A stretch of 64,000 nucleotides of DNA from an uncultured virus (IMG/VR IMGVR_UViG_3300048796_000130) (taxonomy: Duplodnaviria > Heunggongvirae > Uroviricota > Caudoviricetes): the IMG/VR virus record IMGVR_UViG_3300048796_000130. The stretch is one strand, 5' to 3'. Each line of letters opens with the position of its first letter. Position 1 is the first letter of the stretch. The notes under the pieces were generated by a model. The model worked only from the letters and a program-made list of their open reading frames with translations, ran no database searches and was not told where the DNA came from. The position numbers were made by a program, and so were the translations under genes. This document shows positions 8,201-17,807 of this stretch, piece by piece.

Positions 8201-11124
8201 GCCGAGCAGTAGGCCGAACTCACCCCTTGGCTGCAGATGATGTTGGTCAAATCGGTGAGTTCGAGGCCGTTGGTGCGCATCCCGATGCTGAGAGCTGTTT
8301 CTATCGCCGCTTCTTGATCGGTGTAGGTGTAATCTCCACCCACGGCATTCATATCGCCGAACAGTGGCATCGTGGGGGCTTGCGCCGATTCTGAGAGCAG
8401 CATGTCGTTGATGCCGGAGAGGAACAAACTCTTCGAGAAGCTGGGTTGCTGGCCGGTGTTGAAAGTGGAATATTCCCCGCCGCCTTCGTAGCCACAAACG
8501 ATGTAGCCGCCGCCCAACTGACCGGAGTTGTAGTGGTCGATCGTCTGATCGCAGAACCAATTTCGCCAGACCGCATAGGGCATCTCGTAGGCGACGGGAA
8601 GCGCAGAGGCGAGAACCGCGGTCGTGGCATTCGGAGTATTTAAGTTGAGCACATGGGTCTGCTCAACGACTGGCGATCCGCCCAGGCAGGAAGCGTTGCA
8701 ACTTGCGTAGCTGGGGCCGTCGGAGAAAGTGAGACTGGAAGCGCCGGGCTGCGCGCTCAACGACCAAGTATTGTTGAGCGCCGTGTAGCTAGAGTTGGTG
8801 ATGCCCGCAATGGTGATGCTGTCCGGATAGGTAAATGTTGGAGCCGCCGCAAGGGACACCGTCACCGTTCCGCCGCTCCCGACGATGTTGGTGATGGCGA
8901 TCGAGTAGCAGTTTGTTCCCGTAAAGCTGGGGCTGCAGCTCACATCTTGCGGCGGAGCGTGCGCTCCCACCTTGGTCCAGGTGCAAGGATAGGTCGCCGT
9001 TTCCGTGTAGGGTCCAGCGCCGGTAAAGGCTGGTTCGGTTGCCCCAGCCACGCAACCTTGCCCGTAATTCGCCGCCCCTGGATTTCCCGGCAAGGCCACG
9101 GTTCCCGTCATCTGCCAGTAGGTTCCGGTTCCGGGGCAAGTCCCCACGCAGATGTATTGCAGAGTGCGGTACATCTGGCCGGAGGTCCACACCAATCCGC
9201 GGTACTGGCCGCTTCCATCGGTGTCGAGCAAGTCCGCCCAGTTCTGAGTGAAGACGTAGGACGATGTTCCGTTATTCTGTCCTCCCTCAATCGACGCCGC
9301 CTGAATGATGTTCGCTTTCTTGCCTTGCGACGTATAGGTCGCAACCAGCGCGTCTTCCGCCGTCCAGGAGAGAATCGGGTAGCTGGTGCCCTGGTCGACA
9401 TAAGTGGACTGGCCGCAGGCCGAGGAGCATCCGTCGGAAACAATCGCCGTGGCCCCGGTGAATAAATTATTTCCGCTTGAAAGCACCGACTCCCAGGCCG
9501 CGTAGTTGGTGTTACTCGATGTGGTGGGAGGCTGCACCGCGTTCAAGGTGTAGGGAGTGGGCGCGATCTGGACGGGCGCATTCACCGTCAAGGTGAAATT
9601 CTGGAATATCCCGTAAGGATTGTCGAAGGCCTCGAAGACTAAGGCGGTTGTACCCGCGGCGGTGGGCGTGCCGCTGAGAATGCCCGTACCCGCTCCGTCG
9701 TTCGAGGTAAAAATCAACCCTGCGGGCAGAGTGCCGGCGTAAAGAAAAATTCCGGGCACAGGGTAGCCCGTAGCGGTCACATTAAACGAGTTGGGCTGGC
9801 CTTCGGTGAAGGTCGCGCTGGTCGCGGAAGTGAAAACCGGCAAAGAGTAGACAGTGAGGGTGAAGGTCTGGAAGGCGTTGGGCGAGACGCCATTCGAGGC
9901 CGTCAGGGTGAAGGAGTAGACTCCGCCAGTTCCGGGTGCTGGAGTGCCGGAAAGCGTGGCGGTCCCATTGCCATTGTTCACCAGCGTCACGCCGGAGGGC
10001 AGGGTTCCGGTTACGGTGAAAGTCGGAGCGGGCACGCCGAGGCCGGTAATAGTGACGGTTCCGGGAGTGCCCACCGTAAAACTTGCGCTCGGCGCTGGGC
10101 ACGGATTCGCCGATGGATTGCAGGTGAAGAATGGTGCTGCGGTAGCAACCGTGTAGAAGTTGAAGAGGTCCACCCACTCGGTTTGCTCGACCGTCTTCAC
10201 ATCCAACTGATCCTGCGTACCTGTCTGCTCGACCCAACCTGAGGGGAGCGGTCCCGCCGACTCGCTGAGGTTGAGATTGGTGAGCGTCCCGTCGATCACC
10301 ACATACGGAAAGTGCATGCAGGCGTAGCTTCCGGTGCAGGACGTATCTCCGGCGGTGTAGTAGCCCACGGTGATGAGGTGGTGCCAGGTCTCGATTGCCG
10401 GGCTGCAGGCGAGTGTCGTTGGAATCCAGGCGGCGGTATAGGAATTCCAAACGTCCCAGAGATGGTGATTCAGGTCGCACTGGCCGCCGAACATGAAGCG
10501 GGTATTCTGCGTGACTCCGCCGTCGCCAGCATGGACGTATTTCCATTGATCGTATTCAAGGGCGTTGCCGGTCGCACCGTTCGCATCGAGGTAAAACCAC
10601 TGATCGGAGTAAAAATAGTAAGCGTTGTTCTGCGCGCCGTTGTCGTAGAACCAGAGGACGTTCGATTCGGCCTCGCCGTAATTGTTGAACTGCATCGATT
10701 CGCCATCGAGTGAAGGGCTGGAGTTGTCGATGGTCTGGCGGAAGGACACAACAGGGACGCCGAGGGCGTGTGTCTTGGTGAAGATGGCCGAGAAACTCGA
10801 CCCGGGCAATTCGAGGATAGTGACAACTTCCTGATTCGTCCCGGTATCGACGACAACGAAATTGCCCAAAACCATCCCGGCATAGGAAGCGGCTGTAACC
10901 GCGACCTCTGAGCCAGTGGTCGTCACTGCCAGGGTCGTGGTGGTGTTGACCAGCACTCCACTTCCGCCCGCGCAGCTCGCTCCAAAGCACGGCGGATATG
11001 CCCAACCAATCGCGGGCGATCCCGAATTTGTCGGCGCATCGTCGTCGATGTTGAGCGCCTGATTCTGGGCGTGCACCAGGCCGCCGAAAGAGAGTAGCGC
11101 AAAAATCAGAGAGAGCTTTTTCAC
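5281..11124 (-). CDS. Giant multidomain fibre/adhesin-like protein with Sec signal peptide
   Basis: Probable GTG start 11124 (MKKLSLIFALLSFGGLVHA|Q; no clear SD); lectin-like N-domain, two Ig-like repeats (LPSGVTL...LSGTP), CBM-like W-x-A-x-T-x-Y modules, many Cys. Confidence 0.75.
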   Translation of the reverse strand: MKKLSLIFALLSFGGLVHAQNQALNIDDDAPTNSGSPAIGWAYPPCFGASCAGGSGVLVNTTTTLAVTTTGSEVAVTAASYAGMVLGNFVVVDTGTNQEVVTILELPGSSFSAIFTKTHALGVPVVSFRQTIDNSSPSLDGESMQFNNYGEAESNVLWFYDNGAQNNAYYFYSDQWFYLDANGATGNALEYDQWKYVHAGDGGVTQNTRFMFGGQCDLNHHLWDVWNSYTAAWIPTTLACSPAIETWHHLITVGYYTAGDTSCTGSYACMHFPYVVIDGTLTNLNLSESAGPLPSGWVEQTGTQDQLDVKTVEQTEWVDLFNFYTVATAAPFFTCNPSANPCPAPSASFTVGTPGTVTITGLGVPAPTFTVTGTLPSGVTLVNNGNGTATLSGTPAPGTGGVYSFTLTASNGVSPNAFQTFTLTVYSLPVFTSATSATFTEGQPNSFNVTATGYPVPGIFLYAGTLPAGLIFTSNDGAGTGILSGTPTAAGTTALVFEAFDNPYGIFQNFTLTVNAPVQIAPTPYTLNAVQPPTTSSNTNYAAWESVLSSGNNLFTGATAIVSDGCSSACGQSTYVDQGTSYPILSWTAEDALVATYTSQGKKANIIQAASIEGGQNNGTSSYVFTQNWADLLDTDGSGQYRGLVWTSGQMYRTLQYICVGTCPGTGTYWQMTGTVALPGNPGAANYGQGCVAGATEPAFTGAGPYTETATYPCTWTKVGAHAPPQDVSCSPSFTGTNCYSIAITNIVGSGGTVTVSLAAAPTFTYPDSITIAGITNSSYTALNNTWSLSAQPGASSLTFSDGPSYASCNASCLGGSPVVEQTHVLNLNTPNATTAVLASALPVAYEMPYAVWRNWFCDQTIDHYNSGQLGGGYIVCGYEGGGEYSTFNTGQQPSFSKSLFLSGINDMLLSESAQAPTMPLFGDMNAVGGDYTYTDQEAAIETALSIGMRTNGLELTDLTNIICSQGVSSAYCSAISTPTPCDDPPSSATLGCTSGGWYRNAVTYPTFTGGALAGQRSTLSLQTLNGSQPTNCQVSSTFAIAGPLAPAAASTDCPEGFIGLLNGLVSLRTTGLVNFSGGLLVTVNNAEIYTNGPASCALCSHYDSSAYPVGDILFALDPNYSSTTYAQTSASVLAQVLPYDASFALFLGAQSVYGGCPTSGGGLCETGTWTLGIAPPSPNFYTAYSGTALVPWATVPNFGNLTKNNAVLTDNSYTLPPANFTGQLSPIIRCTDANFEPGFQNNMFSAGCGGSGDCEQTFNANSTALRLNDFDGRVLITSLNKSNLGIGCGTAVNASQNLTTPGSSSSPFNFSGGSWDWSNPNVYYGIPGTQVIPYNFNLSTMDFTVGAPFTDLACGLPMNSCATNAPAWTANTAYVSGQYISAALPGIPDWTASTTYTTSQLGTLIQPTVNNPLNCAFKLTAAGETSASGSEPNWNKGNTGSSCYSASEGAITDNQVKWRNIGGPPTFVFQLTTSNCTSNGSSPDFSSGGFPYLMTVVTEGSPGYCAWTNVGPMSPPSWSSFAGISRNSTRVVDAFSNNQYGWDDNVSTYNGDQGTGIFEIAYDSVANSFELLNTATGWQSKTTCSGGTGYNCSGGTLTLAPQGQNSIFNNNCGIFIHNSKGSGTEDYPAIARQGMAYSPGVNCPTPALGDIYDWVPFAANFSPLTSLQLYDTPSDHWMMLDQTLVNVGGQTVGPPDDYTTGAFSMVLSALTPTLVPLINWQPPCTTTYSVPPPSALPPCFYSLAYDSHMSPAFNPNGTDTGSVCGSIYNNGTLAPPPEAPWQGEEVCLSISPTWVNGTTPNPAQIQYRFAHCFNTGGNIFFDVQFCISQWSGDGQFLAFTSDGNCAFGGTDGSTNPPCGPPWAPSTPYPLNAYINPFSSTGGSGTNYGVFQITTPGTSSTTKPTWSTCSGTVGCVVTDANGVQYTYVGANKSRGDVLIVQLVPVVH

Positions 11125-11143
11125 GGAAGGAAAGCGGCTGGCT

Positions 11144-14100
11144 TTAATCTCGAATGTGGTAGGAGTAGCACTCCGGAGTGGTGGAAACCGCAGAGGACAG
11201 CGCGACCGCGAAGCCCGGAACAATCTGCACCGTCCCGCCCGTGCCCGTGGTGTTTCCGAGAATCTGGGAATAGACGATGGTGGTCGCGGAGTTGCTTGTC
11301 ACCAGCCCGAGAACGTCTAGGTTTGCGTTCGAGTCTCCGGCGTGGCGAATGATGCTGCCCGCCGGGAAACTTGAGCCCAGCGGCGAGGCCACGGTCAGCG
11401 TCGTCACATCGCTGGTCAGGGAAGCACTCGTCACCGCGTCCACCGGGTACGCCGTGAAATTCGGGTACGGCGTGAGTGGCCCCTGTTTCGCGGTGATCTT
11501 CCAACCTAAGAACTGCGTTGTGTTGCAGGCTGCTGGAGTTCCGCCGTAAAGCGAGACTGACGCGGGATCGTCGTCGAGCAGGATGACGCTGCCTGGTCCT
11601 TGCACGGCATTCGAGGACACAACGATTTGCTGCCACGTTGCCGGGACGGTGAAGAACCCGTCTTTCGCAGGGGGCTGCGTAGAGCCTCCTGCTTGCCCAT
11701 CGCCGTGATTCGCAATCCCCTGATAGTCCGTCGTGTCGAGCTGCGTGGACATCTTCCACACGTCGGAGGCAACCTGCCCGGAAGTCGTGAGCAGATTCTC
11801 GCCCGCCCCCGCTCCCGGTTGGCGCGAGCCGGGCGCGCCCAGCGCGTAGAGCGAAAGATAAGACTCTTGCGCCGTGGGGATGTAGTTGCCGTTCAATTCG
11901 TCGTCGATCAGCAGCGCGGGCAGATTCGGTCCGGCGGCGGACAGGTTGGCAAAGAAAAGGCCGCCGGTCGACGTCGGATTATTGGCGGAGATTTTCACCA
12001 GCGAGTTTTGTACGCTGACCGTGCCACTCTGCCCGCTGATGGTGGACAAGCTTCCGGCGGTCAGCACGGCGGTAAAGGTTGTGCCGGTGCAAGTGGTCGC
12101 CACGGTGAAGGGAACAAGCTGCGAAGAGGTCTGATTATATCCGGTTTGTGTGGTCAGGCCGGTGATTGTGATGGGCTGTCCGGCGCTCAATCCTGCGCAA
12201 GAGGCCGACGTGGTGTAGGTTGCGGTGTTGCCCGATTCCGAAGCGCCGGTGATGGTGAAAGACAGCGGAACATTCAGGTTGCCGGCGTTGATGTTGATGA
12301 ACGATTCCGAGTTCGCGCCCTCATCGTAACCTACCGAGACCGCGGCGATCCCGGCATTCTCCCAGTGCATGTTGCGGAATGTGGTGTGCGAGCCGCCGAC
12401 CGACATCAAAACATTCGGAGGAGCCGACGCCGCGCCTTGCGCCGTGCACGTCGTATTCGCGATTTCCTTCGGCCCAGCATCCCCCGGCGAGCCCGTGTTG
12501 AGGTCGATGCACTTCGCCGCGCGTGTAATTGTCGTGCCCGAGCCGAGCGAGAAGTCGAGGCCTTCAAACCAGCCGTTCTGCGCCCCCGGCCCGTTATTTG
12601 TGCCGCTGGTGAAGGCCAGCGTGAACATCAACGTGTGGGCGGTGTTGGTCGAGACCCAGGGGGTGTCGTAGTTTCCGTCCGTGGTCTGGGTCTGATATTC
12701 GACGCCTGCGGTGCCGGTTGCGACCAGCGAGGTAAAGCCAGAACCCGCAGCCCATGTGCTCGAATTCGAACCGGTGAGCGCCATGCCGACGATCGAGTCG
12801 TCGGGGTTGACGGTCGAGGAGTTGGTGGTGGTGACGGTTGGCCCCGGTCCGTGGGTGGTGCTCACGGCGGCCGCGGCGGCATCGACTCCGTTGTCATTCG
12901 GGATCTCGATGGCGCCCACATAGAGGCTGTTGTTATTCACCGAACCGCTGAAGGTCAGGGTGATGGCGCCGGTTCCGGCGTTGACGTTCGAGTCATAGAC
13001 GCAGCCTCCGGCTTCGAGCGTGCCGTCGACAATGGCGGTATTGGCGATGGTGGTGTAGGAGTCCCGTGTGGTAGAGTTCGTGGCGCTGTTCAGGGTGACC
13101 GTGTAGGGCGTAAACCGGGCGCAAACGGCGATCAGATCGCCGGCGACTTGCGGATTCGCTAAGGTGATATTGCAGGTTGAGGAGTTGCAGGTGGTCGCCG
13201 AGCCGTAGGAGTTGACGGGAGTTCCCGGAGTGACGGCAACGTTCGCGCCACCGATGGCAAGGCCCTTCCCGCCGTTCCCAAAACCCAGAAGATTGGAGCG
13301 GAAAAGTCCCGAGCCTTCCTGCCCTACGTAGTCCGCGAAGCCGATACAACCTGCCACGCTCTGGCAGTCGAGCGTGACTTCGTCGACAGGTGAGTCGAAC
13401 ACTGCGCCAGCGTTGAAATTGAAAGTGATGCCGTCGTCGGTGAAGCCCATCAGCGGGGTGCTGGTCGGGATGTTATTCGCCTGGAAGACGGTCGAACCCA
13501 CGTAGGGCTGGCCCGAGCCGGTCTGCCAGCCCTGCCCGTGGAGCATGGATTTGCGCGGGATGCCGATGCCGTTCGTGGGTTTGATCTGCGCCGGCCCCAA
13601 GGTGAGTGCGCCCTGATAGCTCGCCGAGAACAACGACATGATGCTCGCGTTCGCACAGTCGTACAGACCCTGAAAGCCTCGGGCGTCCACTTCTGGGGAA
13701 TATGTGGTATTGGCGTTCTGGGCCGCCACGATCGAGGCGCAATCGTCGGTCGAGGTGAAGCCCGGCGCCACGGCATCGACGTAGGACACGTCGCCAAACA
13801 GGGTATTCGCCCCACTGGCGCTGACGTTGCCTCCGGTCGGGAACGTCGCGTACTGCATGGGGAATGGGTAGAAGGCCGTGCCGCCGCCGGGGTACTCCCC
13901 GAAGAGACAGGAGGGATAAAGAATCGCCAGTTCCGCGTGCCCGGAAGAGGGACTCGCGGGCGCGACCGAGGGGCAGGGCGTGGTGATGGCCGCCGGACCA
14001 TTCAGCACAAAGCTATTGATATTGAGCGTGCCGATGGTTGCCACGGTTGCGGTGAGGTTGTTGAGCGCAACCGTGGCCGGCCAGGTGATCCCGGTGAAGG

Positions 14101-14998
14101 ACGCCAGGTTCAGCGTCTCCGTGGCGCAGGCGTTGAAGATGCTCCCGCCCGATCCGGTGTTCGAATCGGCGAGACAGGAGTTGCCGCCGCCGGTCGTAGA
14201 ACTGAATAAGGGAATTCTTCCCACGCTCCCGCTGAAACTCGATCCGCTCGATCCGCCCCCAAGACTACAGGTCCATGCCCCCGCCACATAGAAGGCTACC
14301 GCCCCACTGCCGCCGCCGGTGCAGGGATTTGAGCCAAAGGTTCCATCCGAGACGACTACGGCATTGGTCAAGCCCCCCAGCGTGCTCAGTTGCGCGAAAA
14401 GCACGGGTCCGAGCAGCACGCCCTGATTAAACGTGAAGGTGCCCATGCCGGTGAACTGGGTTCCGGTGGGCTGATTGATCGTCTGGTTGTTCGTGGGGTT
14501 GCCGTAAAGTTCGACAAAGCCCGGAACTGGCGGCGGTTGGCTCATCGGGTCGGCGGTCACGATGTTGAAGCTTCCCAAGCTATTGCCGTTGCCGCAGGTG
14601 GTGATCATTGCCGAGGCCGAGCAGATCACGTAAGGGATGCCGTCGCGCAAGGGGTGCGAGGCGTCTTTCATGGCCGTCACTTCGTAGTAGGTGGAGACGA
14701 CGTTGCCGCAGGTGATCTGGTCGTTGCCGAGGATCTGGCCCACGATGGCCGAGCCGGGGGTCGCGGGGCGAAGGTCAAAGGAATCCTGCACGACGGCGTT
14801 AGGCTGGCCGGGAACGACGGGAACATTGTCGCCGCAGTTCACCAACTGGAAGTGCAGGTAGGCCGAGCGGTAGAGGTTCGCCACGTTGCTAGTCATCGTG
14901 CCCGTGGTCAGGTTGGTGTTGATCGAGACCTGGGCCGCAACAGGGAAGACCAACAATAAAATGGCCAGCACGCTTCGCATTGCAGTTTTGAATTTCAT
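11144..14998 (-). CDS. Tail spike/fibre-like protein with Sec signal peptide
   Basis: ATG 14998 overlaps the terminase stop (ATGA); MKFKTAMRSVLAILLLVFPVAA|Q; N-terminal anchor-like domain; beta-helix-like centre (DDCASIVAAQ..VDARG). Confidence 0.75.
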   Translation of the reverse strand: MKFKTAMRSVLAILLLVFPVAAQVSINTNLTTGTMTSNVANLYRSAYLHFQLVNCGDNVPVVPGQPNAVVQDSFDLRPATPGSAIVGQILGNDQITCGNVVSTYYEVTAMKDASHPLRDGIPYVICSASAMITTCGNGNSLGSFNIVTADPMSQPPPVPGFVELYGNPTNNQTINQPTGTQFTGMGTFTFNQGVLLGPVLFAQLSTLGGLTNAVVVSDGTFGSNPCTGGGSGAVAFYVAGAWTCSLGGGSSGSSFSGSVGRIPLFSSTTGGGNSCLADSNTGSGGSIFNACATETLNLASFTGITWPATVALNNLTATVATIGTLNINSFVLNGPAAITTPCPSVAPASPSSGHAELAILYPSCLFGEYPGGGTAFYPFPMQYATFPTGGNVSASGANTLFGDVSYVDAVAPGFTSTDDCASIVAAQNANTTYSPEVDARGFQGLYDCANASIMSLFSASYQGALTLGPAQIKPTNGIGIPRKSMLHGQGWQTGSGQPYVGSTVFQANNIPTSTPLMGFTDDGITFNFNAGAVFDSPVDEVTLDCQSVAGCIGFADYVGQEGSGLFRSNLLGFGNGGKGLAIGGANVAVTPGTPVNSYGSATTCNSSTCNITLANPQVAGDLIAVCARFTPYTVTLNSATNSTTRDSYTTIANTAIVDGTLEAGGCVYDSNVNAGTGAITLTFSGSVNNNSLYVGAIEIPNDNGVDAAAAAVSTTHGPGPTVTTTNSSTVNPDDSIVGMALTGSNSSTWAAGSGFTSLVATGTAGVEYQTQTTDGNYDTPWVSTNTAHTLMFTLAFTSGTNNGPGAQNGWFEGLDFSLGSGTTITRAAKCIDLNTGSPGDAGPKEIANTTCTAQGAASAPPNVLMSVGGSHTTFRNMHWENAGIAAVSVGYDEGANSESFININAGNLNVPLSFTITGASESGNTATYTTSASCAGLSAGQPITITGLTTQTGYNQTSSQLVPFTVATTCTGTTFTAVLTAGSLSTISGQSGTVSVQNSLVKISANNPTSTGGLFFANLSAAGPNLPALLIDDELNGNYIPTAQESYLSLYALGAPGSRQPGAGAGENLLTTSGQVASDVWKMSTQLDTTDYQGIANHGDGQAGGSTQPPAKDGFFTVPATWQQIVVSSNAVQGPGSVILLDDDPASVSLYGGTPAACNTTQFLGWKITAKQGPLTPYPNFTAYPVDAVTSASLTSDVTTLTVASPLGSSFPAGSIIRHAGDSNANLDVLGLVTSNSATTIVYSQILGNTTGTGGTVQIVPGFAVALSSAVSTTPECYSYHIRD

Positions 14999-16137
14999 CG
15001 GTTGCCTCGGTTGTTCTTGCGCGCCGCCTCCGCCAATCGCTGCCGGATATTGCCGCCGTAGTAGACCGACTGGCACTCTTCCTTCTCCTGCTCCTCTTCC
15101 TGAACCTTCGAGAGGCCGAGCATGGCGCGGGTCATGTCCCCGCCGCTGTCCTTGAGGAGCTTGTCTATGCGCTCGGAAACGCGCTTCTGGAGAGGCTTTC
15201 GCGTGGGCTCGGGGTAAGACAGCAGGAGATACTTGCAGGCATCGCGCGCGTGGTCGTCTTTCTGAACGATGGCTTCGGAGGCGTTTCTGGTGAGCAATTG
15301 CTGCGCGGTCAACGTCTCTCGCCGCGTCCGCATCAGCTCCCACAACAGATTCGGGCAATCCCAGCTATGCAGCCCGTACAAGGGCCGCTCCCAGGATTTC
15401 CGGCAAACGATCTTCACCGTGGGCTCGCGCTCCTCAAGATTCGCCCAGTGCGCCAGCAGGCGGCCGGCGAAGCTCACGTCGGAGTGGTCGCCGTGAAACG
15501 GGGAAAGGAAGTCGATGCCGTTCTCCTCGTAAATCTCGTTCAGAGATTTGGCGCGTTCGCCTTTGCGCGTCGGCACGTTGGCCTGCGCGTTGACCGGAAA
15601 AACCGAGGGATCGGCGTAGCAGGTTCCGGTTTCCAACTTTCGAAGATCGGGCATCTCCCGCAGAGCCGCCGCGTGCTCCCAGATTTCCAGTCCGGGCTGG
15701 TAGTACTCGCCGCAGAGGTAGTGCGTGCCTTCATAATCCGAGTAGCAGCGCAGCATCGCCGTGGGGCTGGCGCGCCCGTGGTCAAATCCCGCGTCCATCT
15801 TCCAGTCTGGGTCGGGACGCCAGCGCGGATCGGTGATGATGATCTTGTCCTGGTAGCGAGAGAGAATTTCGGCGAAGACGAGCTCTCCTCCGCCCGCCTC
15901 GTCCATGATGTCCTGCTCGCGGTCCCAGTCGGCCTGCGAGGTATATTTCTTACGCTCATCCGTTTTCCAGTCGGGACTGTCTTCCGGATTGCGCTCGGGG
16001 TGGACGGCGTAGTGCATGCGCACCACGGGAATTCCGCCCGAGGTGCGCTTGATGGTCTCGCCGGGGCGCACTTCGACCGTGCTCTGGGGAGGCATCTCCC
16101 TGGTCTGCTTCAGTGCTTCAAGCGCGGGATCGGTCAT
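14995..16137 (-). CDS. terL: Terminase large subunit, RNase H-like nuclease part
   Basis: W.REQDI, GFDHGRASPTA, YADPS, KDDHARDACKY. Confidence 0.85.
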   Translation of the reverse strand: MTDPALEALKQTREMPPQSTVEVRPGETIKRTSGGIPVVRMHYAVHPERNPEDSPDWKTDERKKYTSQADWDREQDIMDEAGGGELVFAEILSRYQDKIIITDPRWRPDPDWKMDAGFDHGRASPTAMLRCYSDYEGTHYLCGEYYQPGLEIWEHAAALREMPDLRKLETGTCYADPSVFPVNAQANVPTRKGERAKSLNEIYEENGIDFLSPFHGDHSDVSFAGRLLAHWANLEEREPTVKIVCRKSWERPLYGLHSWDCPNLLWELMRTRRETLTAQQLLTRNASEAIVQKDDHARDACKYLLLSYPEPTRKPLQKRVSERIDKLLKDSGGDMTRAMLGLSKVQEEEQEKEECQSVYYGGNIRQRLAEAARKNNRGNR

Positions 16138-16156
16138 GGGTTGCTACTTGGGGCTG

Positions 16157-16927
16157 CTACTTGGCGGTTCGTGAAATATCCCTGCGGGCATCGGCGTACC
16201 AGCCCGGCCCGGCGGAGGAGTTGAAAATGATCTTGCCGCGCACGGCGGAAATGGCCTCGTTGTAGCACTCGCCGGCGTCAGGCTGAAAACTCGATTCGTC
16301 GTTGAGGTAGCCCCAGGGGTGATAAGAGCGCACCTGGTCGGCGCCGCCGGGAATGCCCACGACGTAGCCGCCTCGGGCGAAGCTGAGAGAGTGTTCCGGC
16401 TGCTGATCGATTGGCTTGGTGAGCGGATAAGCGTCCTGCAACCATTGCTCCTGCGTCCGGTAGAGGCACTTCGCGTACTCGACCAACTGGATGACTTTGG
16501 CGTCTTTCTGGGTCTGGAAGAGCACGCCGCGGTGGGGCACGCGCATCGCATTCAGCGTCAGATAGGCCACACAGGCCCAGGAGATCATCAGGTCGCGGGA
16601 TTTCTCGATCCAGGTAATCTGCTCGGCATCGAAAATCTGGAACAAGTCTTTGAAATAGTCGTAGGGTGGAAAATACTCGTAAGGGTCCGGGCGCTTTTCC
16701 TCGACCCAGTGCTCGTTGTAGGTTTTGGCGTGCTGGGTCACCCAGATAAAGGGGTCGCGCGTGGCCTCTTCCGCTCTGGCATCGCGGTCGGCGACTTTCA
16801 CGCTCAAATCCTCGGGAGGCTTGTAGCGCGAATGTTCCGCGAGCTTCAGGCGCACCTGCGCATGGGCTTTCCAGAGATCGAGTTGGACGCGCCAGTCCAC
16901 GAGCTGCGGGATGGAGCTAACTTTCAT
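16157..16927 (-). CDS. terL: Terminase large subunit, ATPase part
   Basis: Deviant Walker A EKSRDLMISW, Walker B YLNDES, coupling motif NSS; ATG 16927 overlaps the terS end. Confidence 0.85.
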   Translation of the reverse strand: MKVSSIPQLVDWRVQLDLWKAHAQVRLKLAEHSRYKPPEDLSVKVADRDARAEEATRDPFIWVTQHAKTYNEHWVEEKRPDPYEYFPPYDYFKDLFQIFDAEQITWIEKSRDLMISWACVAYLTLNAMRVPHRGVLFQTQKDAKVIQLVEYAKCLYRTQEQWLQDAYPLTKPIDQQPEHSLSFARGGYVVGIPGGADQVRSYHPWGYLNDESSFQPDAGECYNEAISAVRGKIIFNSSAGPGWYADARRDISRTAK

Positions 16928-17450
16928 CGGCATCAGTACCAGCAGACTCATCCGGAGGAGCGGCATAACGAGCAGGCCACTTACCAGAGCGGTGAAATTC
17001 TTCGAGTTCCTCAATCGTCCAGCCGGCGAAGGGGTCATGGTCGGAGTACTTGCTTGACAGCCCAAAGATGTCTACCAGTTCGCGGAGCGCGCTGACCTTG
17101 GTGGAATCGTTCTCGGCATGTTGCGAGAGATCGTCGAGCCGGTTGATGATGTCGTTGCGGGTGACGGTGACGCCGCGTGCTTCTCTCTCGCCGACTTTCT
17201 TTACGAACGCGGCTTGCTTCGCCTCAATCGCCGCCCGCACCTGCGGACGGTTGAAGATGACGGAGGCGACTTTCTCCGGTTGCTTGAATCCCGCGAGCCT
17301 CGCCGCTTCGATCTGGTTCCCCCCGAAACACGCAACGAACTTGAGTTCTTGCTTCGAGAGCGGTTTCTTGGCGGGGTCTTTTACGCGACGGGCTTTTGGC
17401 TTTTTAACGTGCTTAGTCTTGCCCTTCTTTGCTGGTGCTTTGCGGGGCAT
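16917..17450 (-). CDS. terS: Terminase small subunit
   Basis: LSKQELKFV...GNQIEAARLAGF...RPQVRAAI HTH pattern; K..AL..L oligomerisation helix; AAGGAG RBS; directly upstream of terL. Confidence 0.85.
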   Translation of the reverse strand: MPRKAPAKKGKTKHVKKPKARRVKDPAKKPLSKQELKFVACFGGNQIEAARLAGFKQPEKVASVIFNRPQVRAAIEAKQAAFVKKVGEREARGVTVTRNDIINRLDDLSQHAENDSTKVSALRELVDIFGLSSKYSDHDPFAGWTIEELEEFHRSGKWPARYAAPPDESAGTDADES

Positions 17451-17549
17451 GGAGTCTCCTTGCTTTGACTCGGGAGTGCTTGAGAGATGGGGTGCATGGG
17501 AAAGAGGTGCTATTTACGGCGCGGGGAGGTGGGTGCTAGGATTCCGGGC

Positions 17550-17807
17550 GTGCGAAGGAAGATTGAATACGTTGCGGTCTTCATCCTCTTCTGCCTATGG
17601 TTCGACTGGAGAATTCTCCGAAACTTAGGGGTCGCCACTTTCGCGATTTTGTACTTTCCCGTTGATCTAGTCCTGCATCCAACGTGGAATTACTTGACCG
17701 CGGCCTTCGCCATGAATCTTGCGCTGGCTGCCTTATGGTTTCTGGTCGTCGCTTGCGCCCAACTCTTCGCTTGGGCGAAGCGAAAACTACTGCGCAGCTC
17801 CCACTAA
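17550..17807 (+). CDS. Small multi-TM membrane protein; antisense moron
   Basis: About three hydrophobic segments; TGcTAGGAT (17534-42), 7 nt, GTG 17550. Confidence 0.65.
   Translation: MRRKIEYVAVFILFCLWFDWRILRNLGVATFAILYFPVDLVLHPTWNYLTAAFAMNLALAALWFLVVACAQLFAWAKRKLLRSSH

Noticed and set aside
11600..13162. 520-aa + strand ORF, and similar long antisense ORFs (15250-16224, 32633-33505, 45024-45962)
   Set aside because: Shadow frames of GC3-rich minus-strand genes; R/G/V-biased, with no motifs or start signals.
5281..14998. Diversity-generating retroelement targeting the fibres
   Set aside because: No reverse transcriptase and no TR/VR pair seen in the window.
16138..16159. Simple TAG readthrough or a recoded genetic code joining the terL halves
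   Set aside because: The two ORFs are in different frames, and TAG ends other genes normally.
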